A stretch of 64,000 bases of DNA from Balanoglossus misakiensis (lineage: Eukaryota; Animalia; Hemichordata): contig CM082585.2 of the NCBI GenBank assembly GCA_040954595.2, forward strand, positions 5,295,808 through 5,359,807, written 5' to 3'. Under the pieces are notes generated by a model that saw only the letters and a list, made by a program, of their open reading frames with translations, searched no databases and was not told the DNA's origin. Position numbers and translations under genes: made by a program. Shown here in pieces: positions 27,101 to 58,829 of this stretch (position 1 is its first letter; the number at the start of each line of letters is the position of its first letter).

Positions 27101-29474
27101 CCTCAGAATTTATCACCTGTTTTTGACCTTGTCAGCGCTTTATTAATGATAATGATTCATCACTACTGGTATATCCCCCGTTGTTTTATGCGCCATTGTC
27201 AAAATTAATGCACAAAGCGAAAATTATGTGTGGAATTTCACCAGCTGGTGTTTTCTAGTTCCCGCGTCTCGAATTTGACCGCCATTGTGGACTCAACAAT
27301 TAAGGAGGGCTGTGTGCAGTGTTAGACATGTTTCACCAATAGGGTAGTCATAATCGCTTATGACTAACGATCGCTAAGTATACGGCAGCGGCAACTCGTG
27401 ACACTGATAGTCGAAACTATCTCCCACACTGCACAACACACAGTTTGTTTTCAAGTGACACAGTCAGAATCTACTCAACATAACATTTTTATTTCACAGA
27501 CATCTTTGTACATAGCCATCATCATAATGTTAAATACATGTAGCTGTGTGTAGTACTTTAACATAAAGTACACCCGCCACCAAAATAATAATCACCTATA
27601 TGTCGGAAGTGACTGCATTGTTTTATATTGTCAGTACTACCAACAATTCCTGTCATTTTTGTAGAAAACTCTCAAGTCGTGTTATTGCCAGTAGTAGCCA
27701 TATTGTCGGAATAGAAACCCAGACCGGCACATAGTTGCATTTTGCGTAAAATATCGTCATTAAATGATCAAATAACGCCACCTTGTGGTAAATTTTGAGA
27801 AGCGAAGAGCCGTCTGCCGTGAATTCAAAGCAGACGACACTCAATTGTTACAAAATTATACAAATATCTGGCATCCAGCCAAACATAGCGCACAATCAGA
27901 CAAACGTGCGTAGTCGCCATTCGTATTGGGATTGCGCGTACCATACAAATACGTACGCTAGAAGGTTATAGGTTTTTACGACAGTAGGTGTATACATGTA
28001 CCAACTTGTACCGTTGTCAAAGAGATTGAATAGCTGTTAAATCGAGCTGCTCACACGGTGATGGGCAGACGATAAGCATAAATAACAAATTTACATTTGT
28101 ACATACAACGCACTTTTAGGATGAATTAATTACAGAACGATCGGCGATATATCCTAGATTAAAACACACCGAAACACTCAAAAAAGAACTCTGCAATTAC
28201 TGATGAATGATGCATGAGAAAATGTACACTTCGGTGGCGTGTAGCATGGAAAGTGCAATCAAGGAGAATTTCAACCCCAAAGCACAATTCGAGTTACCAT
28301 GCGGTCGAGTTCATATAAACAGATATTAAATAAATATATCAAAACATCTCTCACCAAAAAATTTTATCTGAAAAATCAAAGTAAATTTTTGAAAAAATTA
28401 TTATTGATAGTACCCGATAACGGCAAGGTTTGGACGTATTATAATCTTATTACTTTATCCCGTCTAATTAGAATATTTCCCAGAAGAAGACTGGGACATG
28501 ATTAATTGCTTTAAATTACCAAAGTTCAGACTCATTTCAGTGAAATCTTGCTTCAGTGTGGTCGAACTTATTGTATAAAGATGCATTAAACGGAAACACT
28601 GGGTTTTCGAATAAAGACAACGTTTCCGGAGTAGGTTGTAAATTAAACGGACACACTTAATGTTCTTCCCTGCTGGCAGGAGACTACAGGTGAAATGCAG
28701 TGTTTTCACACGTCTAATCTTACATAAAATTTCTCCACATACTAATCTCCCGCGCAAATATAAATTAACTGTTATATTTACACGATAGAAAGTGTGAGTG
28801 TACCAGACTATTGGACGTCTTATACTCCATTGCTACTTACACCTATCGCAGTCAGACGACATGTTCATAAGGAAAGTTACATCTAGCAAAACAGCTATAC
28901 TATGTTCCGTTTGGATATCTTCAATGTCACACTGACCATTGCTGAGAACCGCAAGCTGTACTATCACAATACAATATGTATTGTTCGTCGTACTTGTTAT
29001 AGGAAACGTATCTTTTTCTTGGCACAAAGTCTTTGACATCAGCTACGTTTGTTTACCATCTTGGACCGTCTTCAAAAAGTTGAAATTGCCCACAAAACGT
29101 CTTGAATTATTGCAGTATCAGAATTTCTACGTGAAAAACGTGCAATTCTATCGCGAAATTGTATATAAGTTAATACGTCTATATTTAACACATACAGAAG
29201 ACGGAACATGTAAATTATCAAATGCGAGGGCATTGACCTGTTGTGACAGTACTGAACCAAAGTACCCCGACTATAGAAAACACCATTTTGAAAGTACCCG
29301 TATGTGATTTTTACCGAGCTATGATCTACGCTGTATTCTTGGTCCATCCAGGTTCTAAAACAGAGCAACCCATTTGTAAACAAATGTTGATTATACTGTG
29401 ATGTTTGAAGTCCTGGAACTCGCCAATTTTATCAAAATATTGCACAGTTCTAGTGTCTGTAAACGATTTGCTTG

Positions 29475-47505
<18,031 letters not shown>

Positions 47506-50500
47506 TGCAAGGGTGTCTGTTGGGTGAAATTGGAACAGCGAGACGAAATCGTCAACTCGTGCTGGGAGTTCCGTTTGGTGTTCACGTCATGCCGGCAACT
47601 GGCATCGGCGTCTGCGTTGTCGACTCTTACTATACAAGGTTACGAAAAAATGATATCACATAACCCATACAGTCTTCGGTTAACCCAAGTCAGGGCCCAA
47701 GCCTGTGTAAATATTGCAGTCCTAAGCACATTAATTTGGCAAATCGCGGCGGCAAGAAAAGATTGACGGCAACAGGAGCAGAATGGAGAAATGGTGTACT
47801 ATCGTAGTAGTGATGCAAATTACCGCTATTCTATGTTCGAGCGACCGACGGCCGCGATGTTGTCCGTCACCACGAGAATCTCCTGTGACGTGGGAACGTT
47901 ATAATCACTCCGCCAGTGTGGGGTGGAACCGATCGAAATAGGGGACGAGACGCATCATGCATCATGTGACTGAGGAGGTTTGAAAGTGGACATTTCTGTC
48001 ACCGAGCTGTCAGGTCACTTTCAAACAAATCCTCTTGAGCCACGTCACGTGACCGGCCGACATGACGTCACATGCACAAACGTCGGATTTTAAGTGGGCG
48101 CATTTTTCGACTTTGTTGATATTGCCAGTCGTTCGTCTCAGCGCCCGAACTGCGTGCCGGGGCTCGGGTCACAGCGAATGCACACTCTCACTGCGCATTC
48201 CTGTGTCCACTCAGCGTGCCTGGCAACCGTGTCTACAGACAGAGGGGACTCTCGTACCTTTTCCGCACACACAGACTGCGTCTCGAAAATTGAATTTTTT
48301 TCTCATATTTGGCTCAAAGCCACTTTAGATTAATCTGTCTTAAAATCGAGAAAAAAATTTGGGGTCACTGTGCAAAATTTTGAATGAGCAAGCGACGTTG
48401 TGCCAAGTTTGAAATTCAAAATGGCCGCTAATATTTGTATTGACTATATGAAGAAATTTTAAAGTCGTGATTGGTGAACACCATATCTAATCCGACGAAC
48501 TTTGCATTTTCTGTTCGTACCATGACGTCGTCTACACAAAGAGAGAATACGAAACTTGTCCGTCCCGAAACCACGTCAAGATGACCTCAAATTTGCAATA
48601 CCTGTTAAACAAACGCCATATGTGCGCTTTACAGGAATAGAAATGTCCGACAGAATGTGGGCAGCAGAAACCTGGTCCGCGTATTTTTAGAAAACAATTT
48701 GCAAACAATTCTCTCTTGTGCTAAAACATATAAATGCCGGCTTCTCCGTATTTTGATATGAATCTTTGTAATGTAATGACTCTAGTATCCATTCTGCTTT
48801 TAGGCTCTTGCAGATTATTGTTGTAAGAGCCAGGAAAAGGCGGACTAGATGATAGGCTCGGAGGTTTCACACGCAATAAAGTTCTTCAATATACTAGTGG
48901 TTGTCAATACACTGCACCGCATGGACTATGGCGGTTGAAATCGTCCTGCACTCTGTTGTCAGAACCCGTGTTGTGAGAGCTTCGGTTCGTTCCCGTTTCT
49001 AAAACTGAATTTTTAGTGACGCATACCAGGGATCGTAGTCTGCAACCGGGCGCCGCGTATTTGACCAAAAGACTTACAGACAGACAGTGCGAATTACAGC
49101 TGGTTCAAAAACACGGTCAGCAAACCAGAAAGAATTTCAGATATCTGTAACAAGGAATGTTAATAATGTTATTGCTTTTTATTTTAAAAATATATCAAGT
49201 CATCCTCATCAAAACCAGCTGAATTTTATTGATCGTAAGAAGGGTGTCCTTACGTTTTCATGTCACCATATGCTGATTTTATGTTTGTCTGTGGGATGAT
49301 GTATCGAGTTTGTGTGCACGTACCACGCAGCGTGGTGCGGCGCTTGGCATTTTACTCTCCTCGTGACCTTTGCTGAAGGTATGCGCTATTCATGACATTG
49401 GGCATTGACCAGACCGAAGTGACAGAGGGCATAAATCAGAAAGATGGACAGAGGGTGAATCTGCACGTAATATGAGATCGAAGGCACGCATCTCTGACCC
49501 CACATAAACCTCGTGTCGACGACGTCATGACGCGAGACCAGCGCTTGCACTCGGTAGCAGTTAAGGTAGACTGCGCCTTTTTCGTAATTTGCTCAAGGCA
49601 ACTGTAAATTATTCTCCCTTAGAATCGAGAATAAAAAATAGGGGTCACCGCACAAAATTTTGAACGAGAGAATAATATCGTCTCAAATTCTTAATTTGTA
49701 CTTCAAAATGGCCTCCAATCTCTGTGTTAATGAAGTTGTGGCGCGCGGTGACACCTTGCTATTAAAGTAAGTGACTTCGCTTTAAGGAGAGAAAGCAATA
49801 GATGAAAAAAAAATTCTCAATGCGGAGCTGTCCAATCTAGTTTAAGGCTGCATGGATTCACTGTACAAGATTAAACTATGCGTGATACTTGACTCGACGC
49901 CACAGCATTCCGCGCACTCCTGTTGAGCGCACGTGCCCATTGCCTGGAAGTCAAAAATATACCACAACTGGGGTGAACTAGTTTTACGTCTGAAATTACT
50001 TTGAACAGCTACTTGCTTGAAGTTAACATTAGAGCAACGGGGTGTATTCACCAAGCAAATGCTGGAATTTGATGCTTGTTTTCAATCAGGTTCATTTAAA
50101 TCAATATAAACGTTTCGACAATGATCTAATTATTAGATTTAATTGAAGTATTAATGATTGTTAAGCTTGCAACTTCTGGGATATTCATAATTGCTTCGTT
50201 TATTCAAATAAAGCGTTAGCTTATGTTTACATTTTTATGCAGAGCATGTTTTGAGTGTGGTCCCGTCATGTATCTTGTTTTAAAGCTTATTGCACACTTT
50301 TTGGCGACAAGGACAAATCATACCCTCATTACAGAAAGACAGAAAGGGGTTTGACAGCGGACAGATGTTTTCACTGTTATTTCAGACCATTTTACTGGTA
50401 ATTGCCTGTAACTGCGTTGTTTGTGCATCTATATATAGAAAAAAAAGTAAAATTAAGGGTACAGGAACAGTGGATTTGAAACAACGTTGTAGAAATCAAC

Positions 50501-53500
50501 AATCAACTCGATTTTCATTTAGTTGGGTCGGACATGTACGTGTGTGTTCAATAAAAATAAGAATTGGCGAAATCACGGTCCCCATGGGAACCCTTCCCCC
50601 CAAAATTACGACTGTCTTCATTACATGGATAAGAGCAAGCGGCGTGATTATACCGTATCGCGCCTGCGCGAACAGTAATATCCCGCCAAAAGCGACATGA
50701 TAAACAAAACCTACAATATCATGATCAACTATACCAAATATTAATAATATTTTCATATATGTTCAATCAAATAATATTGGGTGAAATCACGGAAGATATA
50801 ACCAAGGTAGCTATATTTTCTAGATTTATATATTTTTAAAGTTTTTTTTTTTTTTTTTTTTTTAATTATATATTTTTAAAGTTTATGGACTATAAGCAAG
50901 GTAGGCCTAATTCATTTATAAGGGCACTTAATGCACTGTTTTTATTTTTATTTTTAATGATATAAATTCAAATTATCAGTACCGTACATGTCCGCACCAT
51001 AAAAAGCCCAGGATGCTGAATACGCAGTAATTACAACCGATGTTGACGGACATTTCGCATGCAGACGACGCGTTTTAAGTGGCGGACAGACGCGCATCCC
51101 CTCGACACAGGCGTCTTTAAACAGTCTTGTTTTTACATCAATTGACCTTACTACTCACGTTGATTTTATCAGACGGCTTCGCGCAGAAGCCGTTGCCTAG
51201 CAACTCAATCCTCGTCTCTTGGAGTGAAAGGGATTTGAAATGAGAATGCGGATGAAGGTTCCAAATAAATTTACTTGTTTGCACAGTCCCTCCACATGTA
51301 CATGTATGTGATATTTGATATAAGAAACGCGGTATGTAAATGGATTAACCAATTCTTCGTCTTATAATTATTTGATGTGTGGTGGACATTAAATCTTTAC
51401 GATACACGAGTTAATTAATTGTGAACCAGTGAAAGTTTTACTTATTTTAGATTTGGTGTCACGTGATGAAAAACCTATCACTGTTTGTTAACATTGACAT
51501 GAAAAACAGGCAAATAATTTGCGTCTAACAGTATACTGTGTTTTATATTCGTCCGGGGCGCGGTATGGTCTTATTGTCATGCAAATTTACCGTGTTTTAT
51601 TGTCACCCGCAATTGGACCGTTATATCACGGCCGTCGAATATTCCGCTTTGCTTTTGTTCCGTAATTAAAACGAACTCTCGCTGCGTCCCATGATATCTG
51701 AGGAAGCAGAGACTACACTTGACACGGGACACTCTGACGGTTGCAGCCGAGACCGCGATCATCCAGAGCGCATGGCATTGCCCTGCAAAACGTAACTGGC
51801 TCAGCGGTAATCGGAAAAAAACATCCCTATCGGATAACGTGTAGTAGCCTTGACTCAGAGGCGCGATCGAGTCGACACAGCGCCATTCATTCGGTCGAAT
51901 ATCCTCCTAAAATTTTAACGTCTCGAATTATACTTGTGCGAGATAAACCGAACAGAAAAAAAACGAGAATATAAATTTAAGCAATGTATTTTCTATCGCT
52001 CTTTTGTCTATTGTTATGAAAATATAGTTCACCGTGATCCTCCGAAATATGATTATCCCGAAATTCGCCGTGACACTATTTCGACAAGGATTATTCGTGT
52101 TGTCGCGATTTTTATAGACAATTGCTGATGTCGATAACGGCTTATGTTAAAAGAATTTCATTCCAATAACATGAAAGCTAAAACGGAGCTTGCCTGCGCG
52201 ACTTTTTACAGCGCACTAAAACACTTGCACGAGCGGGTTTCTCAGTGACTGACACAGGAATCAATAATTCATTATGTAACGTGCCACTGTTTTTCGGAAT
52301 GCTATTAATAATCAATCAGCTGAACTCATTCATAACCGGTGTTAGGAGAAAGTGAGAGCTTGGGCTTCGCTGCGCGTTAGTAAAACTAGGCCACTTATTT
52401 TTGACCCAATATCGCACGCGCACCGGTGAAATGAGATAAAACGCGTCCGCGTGTGGTCAGTGACGTTATACGTCGCGTGTGTACGCTTTGTGCTCTCGCT
52501 GTTGCGCGCAGTGGCAAGCCAGCGCGCAGCTGATAGAAGCACGTCGCTGCCCTACATCGATATTTCGACAAATGGCCATTTTGAAGGGAGTCAAAACATG
52601 AAAGTTGAAAAATACGTTGACGAGTGGTGTCCTAAAAAAGAAATATTTGACTGTGTGATCCCAATTAAAATATTTGCAGCGTGTCGTAGAAGCTACACTA
52701 GCGTTGTACAGGATCATGCACATGTCGCGTACATTGTATGGAATTTCGCCTGTACATTGACGTTTTATTACCGTGGATGTTAAAATTGATGAAGAAAGCA
52801 GATATCCATGCACGCAGATACAACCTCTGCGCTATTCATAAATTAAATATACCTTCACTGTCCTATATTCTGCCGATCCTGGCGATATTATGCGAGCGCG
52901 CATTTTTTGTATACAAAAATGAATATCTGGGCGAGATTACAGTCGGGTAAACCTGGCATTTCTCGCAAGATCAGGCGACCTACCTTTGTACAGCTTTAAC
53001 CACGTGGAATATGTTCACTATCAGAGGACATGCATCGTAAAGCGGTATTGCGTGTTAAATACAACAGCTTCTGCTGCCCGTAGTCGTTCGGTAAAAATCA
53101 TCTACCGCGGTTGGGATTTTTTCAGAAATCGCTACCCTCCATCGGCCATCCAATGGTCCGTCCACCGTCCACGCTAGTCCCCGTAAAACGCGACAACAAA
53201 AACAACAGCGAAACGGCTATATATCGATCTGAAACCAGCTGACAGCCGACTACACGACTGCCACATTTGCATACGAAATGGTTTTGTGCCGACAATTGCC
53301 ATTGGTGAGTGGTCACGTGACTAGGATGTTGAGCGCAGTCGGACGGAAAGGGAAATTGAATTTATAATGATGGGAAGCCGAATACGAAATACCACTGGAC
53401 CAGTTGTAACACGCTTTACATAAAACATTTTTTTTCTTTTATAAAGCGAGTGAATGTTTATAAACGCGTCTGCTTTTAGGGTATGACGGTAATCAGCTTG

Positions 53501-56386
53501 GACTTTTTAGCTATTTCGGTCCCGTATTTCACGCGAGAAAAATATTTCTTTTGGTAAAGCGTACACTGTCTCGTCATTGTATATTTCCAACGGTATTGGA
53601 CTCAAGTTAGCTTCGTGATAAAGACGGTTTTTAACTGGGGAGGATTATAAATTTATGCTTCTCTGCTAAGTTGACTAGATTAAGACAAGAACTATACTTC
53701 TCACAACATCAATCATTTTAAAATAGGAAGAGTTGTTATTCTCAAAAGCGAAACATGTCATTTACATCAACAAGCAGCATCCCCCTCAATTCTGGTTGCC
53801 TTGGCAACGGAGAAGATGCGGGTGCCATCATACAAAAAAAGAGCCCAGAGAAATGGAAGACAAAAAAATACAATACAATGTGATATCCCCCCGCGGTCAT
53901 ATCGATCTGGGCCGGGAGCCTTTGTCGCCTCACCAATGTAGGTGAAAGGTTGCATACGTAATGAGCTCGTTTTCCATTCGAAGGGATCTGCCCGCACGGC
54001 GCAGCGATGGCTCGTTTCGGTAACACGTTTTCTATATTAAACATGATTAAAATATAGGGCTCGTTTGAAACACACTCACCCTTCTGTTGCGTGGAGTGAA
54101 TCTCAATAAATCTCTATTTGGCTCGTGTGTCGTGTACCGTGGAGCTTGACGATATTTATCGGATCTGACGTGCCTCGATCGACGCGACCTTTGTACACCC
54201 ATTCGACTGACCACGGAAATGCCGCAGATGATCGTACACTGCAAGTGATACGAAAGAGGATATTCCCTCGGATAAACGTGGAATTTCCTTCACTATCCTA
54301 CTGAGCGTGGCTCGTTAAAATACCGGGCTTGCTACTATTTTTTTCCATCAATGAATTCTCCCAATCGGCCTTTTCATTTTCAACACATCGTAATTTTCAA
54401 AACTACTTGCAGTAACAAAAATTCATGTTTTGTTTTGCTTCTTAATATTGATCGCATTCAATCCGCTGACCTCGACATAATTCAATAATTTGAACTAATA
54501 CAATAGCAGAACAAACCATAAACGCATGACAATACAACGCGCGCCACCCAATTGTCTATTTCACCACACGCACACTGCATTGTGTTTTTTTCTTTATCAC
54601 TTCGAGTACGGGTCGTTGCTATGCAACGGAAGGACAATTCCCTCGGCGCGGCATCATGGATCGCTCTCCAGAGGGAAGTATTTACCAAGGCATACAACCG
54701 TCGTCTACATCGTTCTAATCATAAAATTCTATCCCGGTAGAAAATATTCTCAGTGTGCCGGCAAAAAGTAAATTCGAACTACGCAGATATATAAATTAGC
54801 TTCATTTCATTTTTTGTGTAAAATACGCTGAATAAATATAACCGTACCAAGAAGATGATTTATAATGTTTAATCTATTTATTAGAGAGCGCTATATTTCT
54901 TGATGATTAAATTGGGGAGTGCGTTTGATGATGTCATACTTGACCATAAAATAAACGCAGCACGCGGCAGAGGGTTTTATTTTCAGTTATGAGATGAATT
55001 TTGGTTAATTTTAAGAATTATTAAAGAAAAAAGGCGTTCAAAAGTCAATTTTAAACTTCACTAGAAGAAGTTAAGCTTACAGCAACAAAAATCGTTTACA
55101 AAAGTGACTATTTTTGGACCACTGATTCCGGACAAATATCTCGTCTAGTCTAAGCTAGTTTATTCGGTTCAAGTAGAGAGCTTAGGAAAACAGCATATTC
55201 ATAATCGTTGTGGTCGGTATGAAGAACGTGCACGTTCGTTGCATGATTTGCGAGGCGATAATTGCCCTACTCCCCGAAGAGCCGTCCGTGCAAACACCGC
55301 TCCGGCATTCCAGGAATTAACGTCATCACCGGCGCGTGATGTTCAGGATTAGCTGTTTAACTTCCTCGAGACAGCTGCGCGCAGCGACACACCGCACCAC
55401 GCGCGTGCCCTTTCACCTAGTCGCGTGTATCCCGGGGCTAACAACTTATTTGCCAATCAGCTGTCCGTCTCTAAGTGTTGCCATTCTATCCTCCACTAAC
55501 GCCCAACCAACACTGGAGGTTACATCTCAGATATCTTCAACGTGTATAGTAGAAGTAAGCTCCGTACTACCAACATTTTATACACACACGCATGTACTCT
55601 TGTTTGTAATGTACGTTCACCCTTACATAGGCAAGCGGAAGTTCATAACAGTGATCGTCCGCCAACCTTGGGAATATGAAACTGAACTAAACGGACGTGA
55701 AGTAATGCTCCATCAAGGATATCAATGACGTTAGCATTAATTTCAATTAAATGGCCACTATTTGTAACTTTTGGCTATTTGTTTAGTTTTTTATTATGTT
55801 TGTCAACCAAGGTTTATTGTTCATCTCCCTAAGGCAAGGTTAAATGCGTCGAGTTAGTCTTCTTCATATACTCCCTGCATGCAAAATGATCATTATTATT
55901 GTCTATATACCAGAGAAACAATTTACCTGGGACATGTCTAAAATGGGATGAAAACAAGTAAAGAATGTAGATTCACAAAAAATTAATCGAAAAGGGGAAA
56001 AAAGAATTTTTAGAATTAACAACAATCCCATTGCTGTTTCTGATTAGATGATCAACGTGCAGCCCAGTATTTTCAAGATAATTGACTACAACCTACGTAT
56101 ACCGTCATAATAAACCTGCTCACAAATTACTGCGCATTTGCTCTTAATGTGCATGGTCAATTATAGATGAAGGCACGCATAGCCACACAGAACGCGGCGA
56201 TTTAGAGCTTTTTTGAAGGAGGAAATGAATTATTTAAATCCGAACATCAGTTTGTCGTACAAAGGTTGCGTACACATGCCAGTGGCAACATTTTCCGACC
56301 ACGTGATCCAAAAGTTGCGGAGTCACAGGCGTTCCCATTCCGAGAGGAAAGCCGTACAAACACTCACAAGTTTCACAACTAATTAA

Positions 56387-56717
56387 AGGGACAAAGTCTC
56401 TCTCTTGCTGCCCATTTCCATTAATTATGTTTGATACAAGACGCCATTTATGTTAATGTACATGTGGATATATAGTGAATCAACGTTCAACCACACACAA
56501 CTTCCATCCCGTTTGTAGGATATGAGAGTAAAAATCCCGCCAAAATGAATAAATGGTAAACACCGATTATTCATTTTGGCGAGTTTTTTCACTCTCGTGT
56601 CTGCAAGTGGGATGGAAGTTGTGTTCACTATATATCCACATGTAGAATAACATAAACAGTGTCTTGTATTAAACATGATTAATGGAAAAAGGGCAGCGAG
56701 AGAGAGACTTTGTCCCT
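56387..56717. mobile_element. Non-autonomous TIR element, TTAA-flanked with AGGG..CCCT termini (Kolobok-like MITE)
   Basis: ~56-bp imperfect TIRs agggacaaagtctctctct.gctgccc..ttccattaat.atgttt.atacaagac; flanks are ttaa (56383-56386) and tcaa (56718-56721). A second left end occurs at 62206-62243. Confidence 0.75.
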
Positions 56718-57921
56718 TCAAGGTGCCCTTTCCATACGGGATGTCATTACAAAATTCTGATGTCCCTCAGAACAGGATGTGGATTCACTACGCGATACAG
56801 CAGCTTGCATGAGCGACGCACGCATGACCTCACAGCTAGGAAACACATCTATACATGCTCGGCGGCGATATCTCATTAATTCTTTTAATCAAGTCATTCA
56901 GGCGAGTGAGTGTGTTTGAACTCTCACCTAGAGAGACAACACATGGATGATTGGATCATTTGAGTCTCGTTTTACTAGCAAGATCCGTCACCGATGTTGC
57001 GCTCGCTCAATAATTGGCCGGATGTGATAGGGGCCGAAGTATTTGAAATCATCCCACCTCCTCTAAACGAAAGTACACGTATCTGTGTAGTTCATAGAAA
57101 TTTTGTCAAATTACAAGCTTCACTTCGTTTATGAATAATCATGAAGCTTCATTCAGCTGTGTCACGTGTAATTCAGCAAATATCACACTTTTGCAATTAC
57201 GTGTACCAAACTTTTCCACATCGATCCAAGTGAAATGTATTAAAGACAGCAACTTACCTCGTAGCCTACATTTCGTTTCTCTTTGTAACAAGGCCATCAT
57301 TGACGGGACAGCGCCCCTACAGGTAGTCAGGTAAATGAGGGAACCATATATCACCTGATGTGATGTGAATACTGGACAAACTTGCCATGTTCAAACGAAC
57401 TGTACATAGTACAAGATTCTGCGCTATCATTTCGGCTAAAATATTTACGCCTCGCCGATAGAGGGCGCCCAGTATACTGCCTGTCATCCCTGGGTGAGGC
57501 ATGAACGAAGGTGCTAATCTATAGGGTGAATAACAAAAATCACCGCCAATTTCTACAACAAGCGAACAAGCTAACTCCAGTGTTGTTCCCTCTTTCAAGA
57601 TAATGCAAGAACTCGAACACATGCAGACATACAGACACAGACTGACAGGTAGACAGAAAAACAAACAGACTGACAGACATCGGTACAACATACGCCCCAT
57701 GTGTTTTGCACGGGGGCTAAAATCCCTTCACGGTAAGATGACTCGGCGACCAGTGATGTCATCTTGAGAACACGTAGTTGAGGTCACATAATTGGAGCAG
57801 AAAAAGTACACTGGACCCGGACACATCAGTGAGTAACCTTGGGCACGTGCACGATGAAGTGCTAATTGACCCAGTGTTGCAAATCACGTCACAGACAGTC
57901 CATAGTTTACAATCCCAAGGT

Positions 57922-58023
57922 CATATATAAAGATCATACCTTCATGATAAAAAACACGTTCAAGCGACTGTCAGAGTACAGGCATACGTGGCAGACTTGT
58001 GTTCATTGGAACAGTTCAGAAAG
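57922..58023 (+). promoter_or_regulatory. Candidate TATA box and non-coding first exon of the + strand ABCC gene
   Basis: catatataaa at 57922-57931, donor aag|gtaagc at 58023, acceptor tctccgcag at 58323 ahead of the ATG at 58361. Confidence 0.4.
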
Positions 58024-58360
58024 GTAAGCACTCATTTTTAGCAAGGAAAAAGAGAAGCTTTCGATTTGCTATTGCTCACTGTTTTGTAGAGAAATCAGTG
58101 CAATGTGTGGTAGGCATGTACTACGGTCTGGTCTGGTAGGCAAGTTTCCACATTCAACAGTTTTGAGTTCTGAACTATATGCTTTACAATTATTATACCA
58201 CTCTCCGTCCAGCGGTGCAAAAATACGCCCCCAAAACTCGCAGAATACACGGTATCAATATGTGACGTCATCATGAATAAGAAACAGCCACTGGTGTTGG
58301 TCATATTACTTTGATCTCCGCAGGTACATGTGCATGAATTATTACGAGCTTTAACCGGAA

Positions 58361-58779
58361 ATGGGAGACAAGGCAGAGACCAGAACTGACCTTGACGATG
58401 GGCAAGGTGAGAGACGATCGAAGGTGGGAAATACTAGTAAGAAAACAGGTATATCCGGAGTAGAATACAGAATGTGCTATTCAGATCCACCTCCTGAATT
58501 GGCGGGAACGTCACAGCAAATATCAAACGGACGACAGCAACACAAAAGCCACAAAAACCCGGCGTGGAAACAACTGAAGCCTATTCGCCGTAAAAAGAGG
58601 TAGGTTCCTACTCGGATAATATATAATAATCAACGGTTATCGCACACAGTTAATGTTTCACTCGATTTTTTGTGTTTGCCTTTTTCTGCATTTCAGACAT
58701 TGCATGCAAACTGAATAGGGCGTTTTGGGTCACTCCCTCGATCACCGATCTCCTTCCCCACCATTCCAGCCAAATATTT

Positions 58780-58829
<50 letters not shown>

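Noticed and set aside
21200-29400. Many short ORFs between the peptide gene and the ABCC stop
   Set aside because: No motifs or consistent splice chains; 27490-29474 is more simply read as the ABCC 3'UTR (minus-strand AATAAA near 27490).
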